A DNA stretch of 64,000 nt from an uncultured Clostridia bacterium (GTDB lineage: Bacteria; Bacillota; Clostridia; Christensenellales; UBA1242): contig CALVPQ010000004.1 of the NCBI GenBank assembly GCA_944351415.1, forward strand, positions 86 to 64,085, in the 5' to 3' direction. Of this stretch, positions 29,201 to 37,204 are shown one piece after another. The position numbers and the translations under genes are program-made. How positions within the stretch are numbered: position 1 is the first letter of the stretch; each line of letters opens with the position of its first letter. The notes under the pieces were generated by a model. The model was given only the letters and a program-made list of their open reading frames with translations, was not told where the DNA came from and ran no database searches.

Positions 29201-30084
29201 GTTAATCTCTTCTTCTCGAGAAGAGAGTAATCATTATATATTGCGTTTGCAAGTGGAAATCTTCCTATAACACAAGTATTAACAATTTTTAAACCATCAT
29301 CTTTAAAAGATGGTTCTTTTATGCTATCAAACCTAACAAGACCTTTATTTGCTTTTTTAAAGTCGTAATCAAACTTAAAGCCGTAAGCTGAAAGATAATC
29401 AAGAACATCTGCTATATTTTTTAATTTATAATCAACAAGGTTATCAAACTCTGTAATAAGCCCCTCATAATTAATGCGATGTTCTTTAGCATAAGCAAGT
29501 AAAAGCACCTTATTAATTTGAATAAGCTCATCATGTTTTGCCTCTATTGATACCGTTTGGTCATCTTCAATATTGATTGTGACAGGGAAAAGTATAAGTG
29601 GACCTTTGATTTGAATATCTTTGCTAAGTTGCCCTACAACAAAAGGATAGCCAATAAACATTTCATATCGGCCTGTTTCTTTTGCGAACTCTTCAATCTC
29701 TCTCTTCAAAGCCTTAAGCTGGTTTACTTGTGAAAGCAGAAGCTTTTTCATTTCTTCCTTCTTTACCCTTTCACGACGAAGGTTCTCACTTCTCTGTTCT
29801 TCAGTTGACATTCCTTTTGTGTCTACAAAAGAAGCTTTAATCTTTGTTTCAAGATTAAAATTTTTTGCAAGTCGTTGCTTTGTATCTTTTCTTATTAATG
29901 CATAGCTTGAACGTTTGCCCTTCCAAAGAAATGTAAGAAATTCATCAAGTTCGTCAGCATCATCTCCTATTACCGCACCAATATCATAGGCATATTTTTT
30001 GCTTAGATTTTTTGAATACAAACTTCGGTTTTTTCCGCTTATTTCTATAAGTCTTTCTTTATAATATGTATAAATTGATTTCAT
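26257..30084 (-). CDS. DUF4011-type SF1 (Upf1/DNA2-like) helicase fused to a C-terminal PD-(D/E)xK (DUF559/Vsr-like) nuclease domain
   Basis: GYPFVVGQL...PLILFPV (DUF4011-like), Walker A IYGPPGTGKSQT, ILFDEASQV, VVAGDSKQLRPT, YHYRS, VQGDERDIIIFS, RLNVAITRAKEKIYVV. Tail is LGIECDY...RDVYRNKFLESRGWKIIRVWSRDWW. Start set to ATG 30084 (GGAAGAG SD) to avoid overlap with rnhB. Confidence 0.8.
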   Translation of the reverse strand: MKSIYTYYKERLIEISGKNRSLYSKNLSKKYAYDIGAVIGDDADELDEFLTFLWKGKRSSYALIRKDTKQRLAKNFNLETKIKASFVDTKGMSTEEQRSENLRRERVKKEEMKKLLLSQVNQLKALKREIEEFAKETGRYEMFIGYPFVVGQLSKDIQIKGPLILFPVTINIEDDQTVSIEAKHDELIQINKVLLLAYAKEHRINYEGLITEFDNLVDYKLKNIADVLDYLSAYGFKFDYDFKKANKGLVRFDSIKEPSFKDDGLKIVNTCVIGRFPLANAIYNDYSLLEKKRLTSEAIDQLLQGKQSKKLKKIDPRVYTINDLDYAQENAIAKLNQSGNLVIYGPPGTGKSQTIVNIISDALCKNKRVLVVSQKKAALDVVFNRLKTLNSKCMFITDAEKNKVEFYERCNKMHQALMGSYHAREENDEYAIVEKNIQKEVEELQVISDTLFTKTPFGLTLQEMYANSARIGKTSNDYVLYKLMLKNHEIMKMDYKHLYQTIRVIKEKNKAALYYRYIQLKKTNPLIDHIRADVDIHVINQMKTYLNGLIQKTIIPFDTAKHPHARQLMVYMLENDIEDSKNTKPLVKMISKIDYPKLHKALNWSKVLFPAYPFVKYNLNKKEKEIASQFESTLNDIKNYISNYSLLEKVLDRKGYLMTVDNIVNGNTIFLKLLLNALDDYVEIRDVNVSLQGLTDDEKTILNFAFTNSKNLRQFQDIVGRILEIRIYHEAVTYEELNKEKLSKIIDFENIRNRIMSLKADEKRISSEIAIDKFKSDYVEHFNSDPDNKNYLYQITKQQALMPVRKMMELYGDYLLKLFPCWLLSPESVSTIFPLKRNMFDIILFDEASQVFIENTLPTIYRGKFIVVAGDSKQLRPTATFMKRYLGNDSDDDIDLATQAALEVESLLDLATSRYTSTNLTYHYRSKNEELINFSNYAFYDGKLQIAPNISKNVGNKPIERIKVNGKWINRHNEEEAQAIVTLLKKLIKNKRNKSSIGIITFNTEQENAIEDAIDKECHKDTAFRDAYIREQNRKENGEDTSIFIKNLENVQGDERDIIIFSIGYARNEYGKVVAHFGPLSVEGGENRLNVAITRAKEKIYVVTSIEPEELAVEGTKNAGPKIFKSYLKYVRAISNKKYKEAEYVLNSFKPALPETNDVIVENNLEKYIKDELTKLGYSVETNLGSTDYKLSLAVYDKNIDRYLLGIECDYAAFKSSDSIMERDVYRNKFLESRGWKIIRVWSRDWWLNKNKVINSIVKAINAQKKFYEASKSEK

Positions 30085-30184
30085 GCTTCTCTTCCTGTTT
30101 CCGTAAATTTTTATATATATATATTTTAACAAAAAAAATAAATATTTCAATATAAAAGCTAAATTTATTTTAATTATTTTTAAA

Positions 30185-30775
30185 TTATTTTTCAACAAAT
30201 TTTTTTATAAAAGTTTGTCGATGTATTTCACAGCTTCCATACTTTTTTAATGCTTCAATATGTTCCTTTGTTCCATAGCCATTATTTTTTGCAAAATTAT
30301 ATTCAGGATATATATTTGATAATTCTTTCATAAGTCTATCTCTATGCACTTTAGCGAGAATTGAAGCGGCTGCAATGTTATAACTGAGAGCATCACCATG
30401 GATTATATTTTCTTGTGGCAAATTAGTTTCTATTTTTACAGCATCAATTAAAACTATTTCAGGTGTTACAGATAAATTCTCAAGTGCTTTTTTCATTCCA
30501 AGTTTCGTGGCATTTAATATATTTATATCATCTATTATTTTTTCATCTATCTCAACTACTTTATAAGAAAGTGCAATAGAAACTATCTTTTCGTAAAGCT
30601 CTTCTCTTTTTTTCTGGCTAAGTTTTTTGCCGTCGTCTATTCCTTCTATAATTTTTTCGTCGCTTAGTGGCATTATAACACAAGCACACACAACAGGACC
30701 TGCAAGTGGTCCTCGCCCTGCTTCGTCAATTCCTGCTATAATTTTCCCCTGATATTTTCTTTCGTAGTCTAGCAT
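30185..30775 (-). CDS. rnhB: ribonuclease HII
   Basis: GIDEAGRGPLAGPVV active-site motif, 196 aa. Confidence 0.92.
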   Translation of the reverse strand: MLDYERKYQGKIIAGIDEAGRGPLAGPVVCACVIMPLSDEKIIEGIDDGKKLSQKKREELYEKIVSIALSYKVVEIDEKIIDDINILNATKLGMKKALENLSVTPEIVLIDAVKIETNLPQENIIHGDALSYNIAAASILAKVHRDRLMKELSNIYPEYNFAKNNGYGTKEHIEALKKYGSCEIHRQTFIKKFVEK

Positions 30776-30858
30776 TTTTCACCTTTTTAAAATTATAACA
30801 AATTTACATTATCTTAACAAACTTATATAAGAAAATATTTTTAAGTTGTAAAAATTTA

Positions 30859-30887
30859 TTGCATATTTAGAAAATTTATGATATAAT
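30859..30887 (+). promoter_or_regulatory. sigma-A type promoter upstream of tRNA-Arg
   Basis: TTGCAT, 17 nt, TATAAT with TG at the extended -10 position (ATGATATAAT). About 125 nt upstream of the tRNA 5' end. Confidence 0.6.
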
Positions 30888-31016
30888 ACAAAGGCAGAGT
30901 TTGAAAAAGAAATTTATCAGTTATTTAAGTTTTTATTATAGATTTAGAAATTTAATTTATAGCTAACTATCATAATTTGTTTTCAAATTCTTCATACCTT
31001 CTTTTATTTTTTTTCT

Positions 31017-31093
31017 GCGCCGCTAGCTCAGCTGGATAGAGCGTTCGTCTACGGAACGAAAGGTCAGGGGTTCGAATCCCTTGCGGCGCACCA
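31017..31093 (+). tRNA. tRNA-Arg (anticodon ACG) with encoded CCA
   Basis: GCGCCGC-TA-GCTC-AGCTGGATA-GAGC-G-TTCGT-CTACGGA-ACGAA-AGGTC-AGGGG-TTCGAAT-CCCTT-GCGGCGC-A-CCA, a full 77-nt cloverleaf. Confidence 0.95.
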
Positions 31094-31118
31094 TCTTGAC
31101 TGCGTCTTGCAGTCTTTT
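31078..31118 (+). repeat. direct repeat copy 1 (tRNA 3' end + terminator, 41 nt)
   Basis: CCCTTGCGGCGCACCATCTTGACTGCGTCTTGCAGTCTTTT, identical to 31226-31266. Confidence 0.95.
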
Positions 31119-31122
31119 TTTT
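31098..31122 (+). terminator. intrinsic terminator after tRNA-Arg
   Basis: GACTGC-GTCTT-GCAGTC followed by T8. Confidence 0.8.
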
Positions 31123-31225
31123 AGGGATTCGAACCAAGGTTCGCCCGTCCCGGCGGGGTGAAAATCTCTTTCACCCGTCTTTGGCTAAAAACTTGGACAC
31201 CGCCAAGTTTTCTTTACGCGTCGAC
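31123..31225. other. GC-rich structured insert bracketed by the tRNA-end direct repeats
   Basis: About 50% G+C in a roughly 30% G+C background. Starts with AGGGATTCGAACC, an inverted copy of the tRNA T-arm. Hairpins GGGTGAAA/TTTCACCC (31156-31176) and AAAACTTGG/CCAAGTTTT (31188-31211). Ends in ACGCGTCGAC. Confidence 0.6.
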
Positions 31226-31266
31226 CCCTTGCGGCGCACCATCTTGACTGCGTCTTGCAGTCTTTT
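31226..31266 (+). repeat. direct repeat copy 2 (orphan tRNA 3' end + terminator)
   Basis: Identical 41 nt, 148 bp downstream of copy 1. No matching 5' acceptor strand upstream, so it is not a functional tRNA. Confidence 0.95.
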
Positions 31267-31426
31267 ACAAAAAAATAATTCCATCATTTTTTATCGGAAT
31301 TATTTTTTTATTCATTAAAATTATTTTTTATATGACTTTATTCTCTTATATTTAAAAAATTTAAAATTTATTTAATTACTTTTTAAAAATTTTATATTTG
31401 TTATCCTTTTTTTTAAAAAAATACTC

Positions 31427-32302
31427 TTAAACTTCATTTTTATTCTGCATTTCCATACTTGCTTTTATTCTATCCTTATAATCTTTTGCATAATGTGAAA
31501 TAGCTTTTTCAAATTCTTGTTCGTTTATTTTGCCAGCCCTAAACAGCTCTAGTTCTTTGCAAGCGAGAAGTCCATTTTGTTTTTCAAATTCCTTTACAAG
31601 AATAGAACACTCAAGCAAAGAGTCAAATGTTCCTGTATCCAAATACTTACACTCATCAGGAAGTATGCATACCTTCGCTTTTTCACTTTTAACATAATCT
31701 TGAATAACATCTGTAAATTCATATTCACCGCGTGGAGATTTTTGCAGTGTCTCAATCTTTTTCATTGCCATATTATCACAAATGTATAACCCAACTGCAG
31801 CATAATTTGTTTTTGGTTTTGAAGGTTTTTCTTCTATGCCAATAATTTTATAATCTTGAGAAAATTCTACAACTCCAAAACGTTGTGGGTCTGATACCTG
31901 TTTTGCAAAAAGCGTCATACCTTGATTTTCTTTTATCGCTTGTTTTAATAGGCTACCCATATCTTTCATAACAAAAATATTATCACCAAAGAGCAATACA
32001 AAATCGTCATCTTTTACAAATTTCTTTGCATACTTAATGGCATTTGCTGTTCCTAGTGCCTGTTTTTGAATATAAAGTTTAACCTTCCCTTTATAAATTT
32101 CGTTATCAAACAACTCTTTAAAAGTTTTATAATCTTTCTTATTGCATACTATTGCTATATCCTCTATCCCTGCCCCAAATAATAGTGATATGCCATAGTC
32201 AATCATTGGCTTGTCATATATTGGAACTAGCACTTTCCCATAACAATCTGTGATTGGTTTTAATCGTGTTGCATTTCCTGCTGTTAAAATAATTGCTTTC
32301 AT
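31427..32302 (-). CDS. sugar-phosphate nucleotidyltransferase (RmlA/GalU-like)
   Basis: MKAIILTAGNATRLKPIT...KVLVPIYDKPMIDY N-terminal signature, 291 aa. Confidence 0.8.
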   Translation of the reverse strand: MKAIILTAGNATRLKPITDCYGKVLVPIYDKPMIDYGISLLFGAGIEDIAIVCNKKDYKTFKELFDNEIYKGKVKLYIQKQALGTANAIKYAKKFVKDDDFVLLFGDNIFVMKDMGSLLKQAIKENQGMTLFAKQVSDPQRFGVVEFSQDYKIIGIEEKPSKPKTNYAAVGLYICDNMAMKKIETLQKSPRGEYEFTDVIQDYVKSEKAKVCILPDECKYLDTGTFDSLLECSILVKEFEKQNGLLACKELELFRAGKINEQEFEKAISHYAKDYKDRIKASMEMQNKNEV

Positions 32303-32456
32303 AATACTATATCTCCTATTTGATATTATTCTAGCATGAAATATATTTTTTTAAAAATAAAAGAACGATTTTATAAATTATTTTTCTTTATTTTTATTTG
32401 TGAAATAAATTTTTTTATGGTATATATATAATAACAGCTTAATTAAGTGAGGTTTT

Positions 32457-33104
32457 ATGAAATATATTTGCAAAATTTGTGGTTTTATTTATGACGACAA
32501 TAAAGAAAAAGTGCCATTTGAAAAATTACCTGATGATTGGGTTTGCCCTGTATGCGGTGCACCAAAAGCATTGTTTGAAGTGCTTGAAGAAAATGACAAG
32601 GCAAAAAAAGATGTTGCCGAAAAGATTGAAATCAAAGAAAATGATGATATGCAAAAGTTATCTATTGCTGAAATGTCAGCACTATGTTCAAATCTTGCAA
32701 GAGGTTGTGAAAAACAATACAAGTTTGAAGAAATGGAACTTTTTAACACCCTTGCCGATTATTTTTCTTCAATTGCACCTGCCGAACAAAATGCAAGTGT
32801 TGAAAACATCACAAAGCTTATAAATGCTGACCTTGAAAGTGGATTTAGCGATGTTGATGAAAATGCAAAAAATGCAAACGACCGTGGAGCACTTAGAGTT
32901 AAGGTTTGGAGTGAAAAAGTGACAAATATGCTTAAAAGCATACTTGAACGATACCAAAAAGAAGGCGATAATTTTCTGAAGGATACAAATGTTTGGGTTT
33001 GCACTATCTGTGGCTTTGTCTATATTGGAGATAAACCACCAGAAATTTGCCCTGTTTGCAAAGTGCCGAACTGGAAATTTGAAAAGATTAAAGGGAGGGC
33101 TTAA
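32457..33104 (+). CDS. protein with N- and C-terminal rubredoxin-type Cys4 domains flanking a helical middle domain
   Basis: [12 protein letters not shown]...[10 protein letters not shown] and [25 protein letters not shown]. Stop lies 1 nt before the next start (translational coupling). Confidence 0.75.
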   Translation: MKYICKICGFIYDDNKEKVPFEKLPDDWVCPVCGAPKALFEVLEENDKAKKDVAEKIEIKENDDMQKLSIAEMSALCSNLARGCEKQYKFEEMELFNTLADYFSSIAPAEQNASVENITKLINADLESGFSDVDENAKNANDRGALRVKVWSEKVTNMLKSILERYQKEGDNFLKDTNVWVCTICGFVYIGDKPPEICPVCKVPNWKFEKIKGRA

Positions 33105-33105
33105 T

Positions 33106-34305
33106 ATGAAAAAGTTTGTAGCTGTTAGAAATTTAAGACTTTGCACTAAGGATTGTTTATGTTTGTATGTTTGCCCTTATGGAGCAACTGACACAGAAAA
33201 TAGTGTGATTGACGTTGAAAAATGTGTTGGCTGTGGTGTTTGTGCCAAAGCCTGCCCTAGCAAAGCAATTTCGATGGTGCCAATTGAACTTCCACCACAA
33301 CAGAAAAAAAATGAAAAAGTTGTAAATTCACTTAACAAACTTGTTAAAAATAAAGTTAAAGTGGAAAATATGGCAAAACAGATAGCAGAAAATACCGATA
33401 ATGATAATCTATATAGACTTATGAAAGCTTTTGAAAAATCTAGTAGGTTTATGGCAGAGGACCTTATAAGAGAAGCCGGATATATGCTTCCACAAAGCAA
33501 AAATACACACGATTTTCTTAAAAGTATGATAGACAATCCGCCTAGCAGCAATTTCCCTATTGAAGTTGCAAATAAAATACTTGAAAAACTGCCTTGCAAT
33601 GAGGAAAACACAGAAGAAAATGTTGATTTAAATAAAAAGGAGAAAAATATGAAAAAATATAAATGTAAAATTTGTGGAGAAATTTTTGAAGTTGAAGATG
33701 GAAAGGAACCTGTTTGCCCAGTATGCAAGGCGACAGGCAATAATTTAGAACTTATTGAAGAAAAAAAGATAAATAAATATGCAGGAACTGAAACAGAAAA
33801 GAATCTTCAAACTGCTTTCGCTGGTGAAAGCCAAGCAAGAAATAAATACACTTTCTTCTCTTCTGTTGCAAAAAAAGAGGGCTATGAACAAATTGCCGCA
33901 CTATTTTTAAAAACCGCTGAAAACGAAAAAGAACATGCAAAAATGTGGTTCAAAGAACTTAATGGAATTGGTGATACTGCTGAAAATCTTGAAGCGGCTG
34001 CCGATGATGAAAACTATGAATGGACTGATATGTATGATGGTTTTGCAAAGACAGCTGAAAAAGAAGGCTTCCCTGAACTTGCAGCAAAATTCCGTCTTGT
34101 TGCAGCCATCGAAAAACATCACGAAGAACGATACCGTGCACTTCTAAGAAATGTTGAACTGAAACAAGTGTTTGAAAAATCAGAAGTAAAAATTTGGGAA
34201 TGTAGAAATTGTGGACATATTGTTGTTGGAACAAAAGCTCCTGAAATTTGCCCTGCCTGCAATCACCCTCAAAGTTTCTTTGAAGTATGTGCAGAAAACT
34301 ATTAA
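33106..34305 (+). CDS. multidomain rubrerythrin: 4Fe-4S ferredoxin domain, linker, rubredoxin-like domain, diiron ferritin-like domain, C-terminal rubredoxin domain
   Basis: [12 protein letters not shown]; [18 protein letters not shown]; [35 protein letters not shown]; [31 protein letters not shown] before ATG 33106. An internal AAGGAG+ATG lies at 33649. Confidence 0.85.
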   Translation: MKKFVAVRNLRLCTKDCLCLYVCPYGATDTENSVIDVEKCVGCGVCAKACPSKAISMVPIELPPQQKKNEKVVNSLNKLVKNKVKVENMAKQIAENTDNDNLYRLMKAFEKSSRFMAEDLIREAGYMLPQSKNTHDFLKSMIDNPPSSNFPIEVANKILEKLPCNEENTEENVDLNKKEKNMKKYKCKICGEIFEVEDGKEPVCPVCKATGNNLELIEEKKINKYAGTETEKNLQTAFAGESQARNKYTFFSSVAKKEGYEQIAALFLKTAENEKEHAKMWFKELNGIGDTAENLEAAADDENYEWTDMYDGFAKTAEKEGFPELAAKFRLVAAIEKHHEERYRALLRNVELKQVFEKSEVKIWECRNCGHIVVGTKAPEICPACNHPQSFFEVCAENY

Positions 34306-34332
34306 AATTATATGAAATTCCTTACAAACTTT

Positions 34333-34359
34333 AGATGGACTTAAATGTCCATCTTTTTT
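34333..34359 (+). terminator. intrinsic terminator of the rubrerythrin gene
   Basis: AGATGGAC-TTAAAT-GTCCATCT followed by T5. Confidence 0.8.
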
Positions 34360-34392
34360 ATAGTTTTTTATTTTTTATAACAAAAAATAAAG

Positions 34393-34493
34393 GGGCGAGT
34401 TTGCAAAAAAACTCAACAGAGTTTTTTTAGGCAAAACCTGTTTTGCCTTTAAAAGTTAAATGCTACCAGCATTTAACTTTTGCAAACTCGCCC
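34393..34493. ncRNA. four-way-junction hairpin module lying between two independent terminators; candidate structured RNA
   Basis: Closing stem GGGCGAGTTTGC/GCAAACTCGCCC (12 bp, extendable to 16). Hairpins 34405-34428 (10 bp), 34429-34448 (8 bp) and 34451-34481 (14 bp) are all perfect. A T-rich tract lies on the - strand side. Confidence 0.5.
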
Positions 34494-34610
34494 ACTCCAT
34501 ATCCCTCCGCTTATATATTGTTTATGAAAATATATTTTTGATTTAAAATTTATCATTAAAATTTGCCTTTTTTTTAAATTTTAAATGTATATTCTTTAAA
34601 TAATCTATTA

Positions 34611-34641
34611 AAAAAAGAAGATTGGTTGAATCTTCTTTTTT
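34611..34641. terminator. bidirectional terminator downstream of the MBL-fold gene
   Basis: AAAAAAGAAGATT-GGTTG-AATCTTCTTTTTT, 13 perfect bp. Confidence 0.75.
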
Positions 34642-34660
34642 ATAAATTTAAAATTTTAAT

Positions 34661-35794
34661 TTATAACCAAGCAGAAGGACAAATTCGATTATTTTTAAAC
34701 CAATCAGTGTCTTTAAGTTTAAGGTCGCTATCACTAAACTCAAGTTTTATAGTATTGCCAGAAACAATAAAAACTATATTGCCATTCATTGGTTTAACCG
34801 TGCCGAGAGATGAAAAGTCGCTTTTATCAACATAATTATCTACCATAGATGTGACATAAACATTATCTGTGTATGGTGCAACATTATCAATAAACTCCTG
34901 TGTTGGAAATTGGTTTTCAGAGGTATCAGTATATTCGCTTGTTCCGGCACAGCAGCACACAAATACATATTCTGGAGTGATTGTTTCCATAAGCATAGGA
35001 CAGCTTGAAGTTTTTGAGCCATGATGCCCTGCCTTATAAAGCACACAGTGTGGAAGTCCGCCATGATTTTCGGCATAATATTCAACAAGTCTTTCTTCAC
35101 CACGTTCTTCAAGGTCTCCTGTGAAAAGATAGTGATTATCACCTTGATTTATCATAACACATACTGAGTAATCATTCTCTCCTGAAGACTGAGTGTTTTC
35201 GTAATAATAGTTATATAAAATTTCAAGTTCAACATCATTTGAGAGTTGAATAATTCGGCTTGCTCCATTTTCGTTATTATAACATTCAAGTGCCGTCCAG
35301 TGATTTGCACCATCTGCTATTTCTTGCTCGCGAGCTTCATAGTATTTACCAACAACAGTTCTTTCTGTTGCTGTGCTGTTTGTAAGTGGGAAATCTATAA
35401 TATTTTCCACTTTATAATAATCAAATATTCCTACCCTTCCGGCTTCGCTATAGAAAGCAGAAATATGGTCTTCATGACCGTGGGTTGCAATTACATATTC
35501 GAGAGTGTTGTCGATGACATATTTGTCAACGTAGCTTATAATTGTTGAAGCTGAATCATTGCGAGAACCTGCATCAATCAATATATCATTTTCTCCACAT
35601 TTTATATAAACACTATCGCCTGTATACTTATTCCCAAGTTGCAAAAAATGTATTGATAAATCACCACTTATAAAGGTTTCTGTTAAAGGCTTATTTATAA
35701 TAAAAACATTAACAGCAAAACCACCAACAAAACCAATTGCAAGTATAATTATGACAAGGAATAATCCACCTATCCACTTAAATACTTTCATCAT
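34661..35794 (-). CDS. membrane-anchored MBL-fold metallo-hydrolase (ComEC C-terminal domain-like)
   Basis: N-terminal TM helix. HxHxDH motif ATHGHEDHI, later GHHGS. Confidence 0.75.
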   Translation of the reverse strand: MMKVFKWIGGLFLVIIILAIGFVGGFAVNVFIINKPLTETFISGDLSIHFLQLGNKYTGDSVYIKCGENDILIDAGSRNDSASTIISYVDKYVIDNTLEYVIATHGHEDHISAFYSEAGRVGIFDYYKVENIIDFPLTNSTATERTVVGKYYEAREQEIADGANHWTALECYNNENGASRIIQLSNDVELEILYNYYYENTQSSGENDYSVCVMINQGDNHYLFTGDLEERGEERLVEYYAENHGGLPHCVLYKAGHHGSKTSSCPMLMETITPEYVFVCCCAGTSEYTDTSENQFPTQEFIDNVAPYTDNVYVTSMVDNYVDKSDFSSLGTVKPMNGNIVFIVSGNTIKLEFSDSDLKLKDTDWFKNNRICPSAWL

Positions 35795-36143
35795 TCGCCT
35801 CGCTTTCGGCTTCTATAACTATCACTCTATAACGTTCTATACCGCGGTATCTTATATCATCAACTGTATATTTTATGTAGTATGTTCCTTCAGTAGTATA
35901 ATCAATATTTGGTTCACTTACTATCTTTGAAGAAACATCTCTGCCAAAAGAAATAGCTCTTGCACCTTCATCTTGGTAAGTTTCGCCTAAACTTAATGTG
36001 ATGGTTTGAGCTCCGATAACCTCAAAAACATCGTTGCGTGTGATATAATTTGCCGTAAAAAAACCTGCCACAGCCCCTAGAGCTATTAACACAATAATTA
36101 CAAATAAACCTATCCTTTTCTTTTTTGTTTTTCCTTTTGCCAT
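35778..36143 (-). CDS. membrane-anchored protein with Ig-like (DUF5011-type) domain
   Basis: N-terminal TM, then ITLSLGETYQDEGARA...TEGTYYIKYTV. Overlaps the downstream gene by 17 nt (operon). Confidence 0.6.
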   Translation of the reverse strand: MAKGKTKKKRIGLFVIIVLIALGAVAGFFTANYITRNDVFEVIGAQTITLSLGETYQDEGARAISFGRDVSSKIVSEPNIDYTTEGTYYIKYTVDDIRYRGIERYRVIVIEAESEANDESI

Positions 36144-36158
36144 TTTTCCCCTTAAAAC

Positions 36159-36536
36159 TTAATTACTCCATACTCCATGAAGATTGCATATTGAATAAAC
36201 TTTTTCTAAGCTTTCATCTGCTGCAAGTGAAAAAGTTGTTTCTGGCTTATCACCTGGGATAAACTCTCTTACATAGTAACCCTTATCCGTTAAAATAATT
36301 ATATGTGAAATATAATGTTCTGTTGTCATTGGGTGTTCAACTTCTCCAACTTTTACAGTTATAACATTGTTTTCTTGCTTTACAACTGGAACATGTTTTT
36401 CCACCGCTGCATCAACGGAATTAACGTTGATTTCTTGCATCATCTGCCCGCAACAAAAGACAGGAACTTTTTTATCTACAAGTTTTATTACAACATTTCC
36501 ACATACATTACATCTTAAAAAAACTAATTTTTTCAT
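36159..36536 (-). CDS. dfx: desulfoferrodoxin (superoxide reductase)
   Basis: N-terminal desulforedoxin Cys motif CNVCGNVV...FCCG. Centre II EKHVPVV...HPMTTEHYISH...CNLHG. Confidence 0.88.
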   Translation of the reverse strand: MKKLVFLRCNVCGNVVIKLVDKKVPVFCCGQMMQEINVNSVDAAVEKHVPVVKQENNVITVKVGEVEHPMTTEHYISHIIILTDKGYYVREFIPGDKPETTFSLAADESLEKVYSICNLHGVWSN

Positions 36537-36719
36537 ACTTTCTCCTTTTAAATAAATACAAACTTCACAAGTAAAAATTATATGTTTTGTTTAATGTTTG
36601 CTTAGACTAATTATACCATACAGGGAATAAATTGGCAAAATGATTTTATAAAAAACCATCTTACTTTTTTATTTGACAAATTGTATTATATATATCATAA
36701 TATACTTAAGGAGTTGTTT

Positions 36720-37151
36720 ATGGAAGAAAAGAAAAAAACAAAACGCATAAGTGGATTTTGGATTGCAAGAATAATCGCAATACTTTTGCTTGCTGGTGGG
36801 CTTTGTATGATTATAATAAATTCAGTCAATAGTGAAGAGTCGCCTGCACTGATTATATGTGGTTGTTTTTGCATTCCTATTGGATTTATGGTGCTGATAT
36901 TTAGTTTACTTCCAGCTATACAAAAAGGCATGATAAAACTTAATAAACATATTGTGGAAGAAAATAAAGAAGATTTGCAAGACTTATCTACAGCGCAAAG
37001 CGAAATCTTGAGTGAAGGAGTGAAAAATTTATCTAAAGCTGCCACAGAAGGAGTTCAAGATGCTAAGGATAAAAAGTTTTGTATGTATTGTGGCAAACAA
37101 ATAAATAATGATAGCAAATTCTGTTCATACTGCGGAAAAGAACAAAAATAA
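36720..37151 (+). CDS. membrane protein with C-terminal zinc-ribbon
   Basis: AAGGAG 6 nt before ATG 36720. Two TM helices. FCMYCGKQINNDSKFCSYCGKEQK. Confidence 0.65.
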   Translation: MEEKKKTKRISGFWIARIIAILLLAGGLCMIIINSVNSEESPALIICGCFCIPIGFMVLIFSLLPAIQKGMIKLNKHIVEENKEDLQDLSTAQSEILSEGVKNLSKAATEGVQDAKDKKFCMYCGKQINNDSKFCSYCGKEQK

Positions 37152-37177
37152 ATATAAAGAATATAAAAAAAATTTTT

Positions 37178-37204
37178 AAAATAGGGTTTTCTAACCCTAT
37201 TTTT
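37178..37204. terminator. bidirectional terminator
   Basis: AAAATAGGGTT-TTCT-AACCCTATTTT. Confidence 0.7.

Noticed and set aside
31123-31225. Minus-strand tRNA suggested by GGGATTCGAACC
   Set aside because: When reverse-complemented, the T-loop-like GGTTCGAATCCC has no pairing T-stem, acceptor stem or anticodon arm. It is better explained as an inverted fragment of the neighbouring tRNA-Arg T-arm.
31216-31225. ACGCGTCGAC (adjacent MluI and SalI palindromes) as evidence of a cloning scar
   Set aside because: It is suggestive but not decisive from sequence alone. Two overlapping 6-bp palindromes can occur naturally in a GC-rich insert. It is noted inside the tRNA-repeat finding rather than claimed.
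32489-34234. Several 60-190-aa ORFs antisense or out of frame within the rubredoxin and rubrerythrin genes (for example 33177..33740)
   Set aside because: They are Ser/Phe/Leu-rich mirror ORFs produced by GAA/AAA-rich sense codons. The sense frames carry unmistakable Cys4 and diiron motifs.
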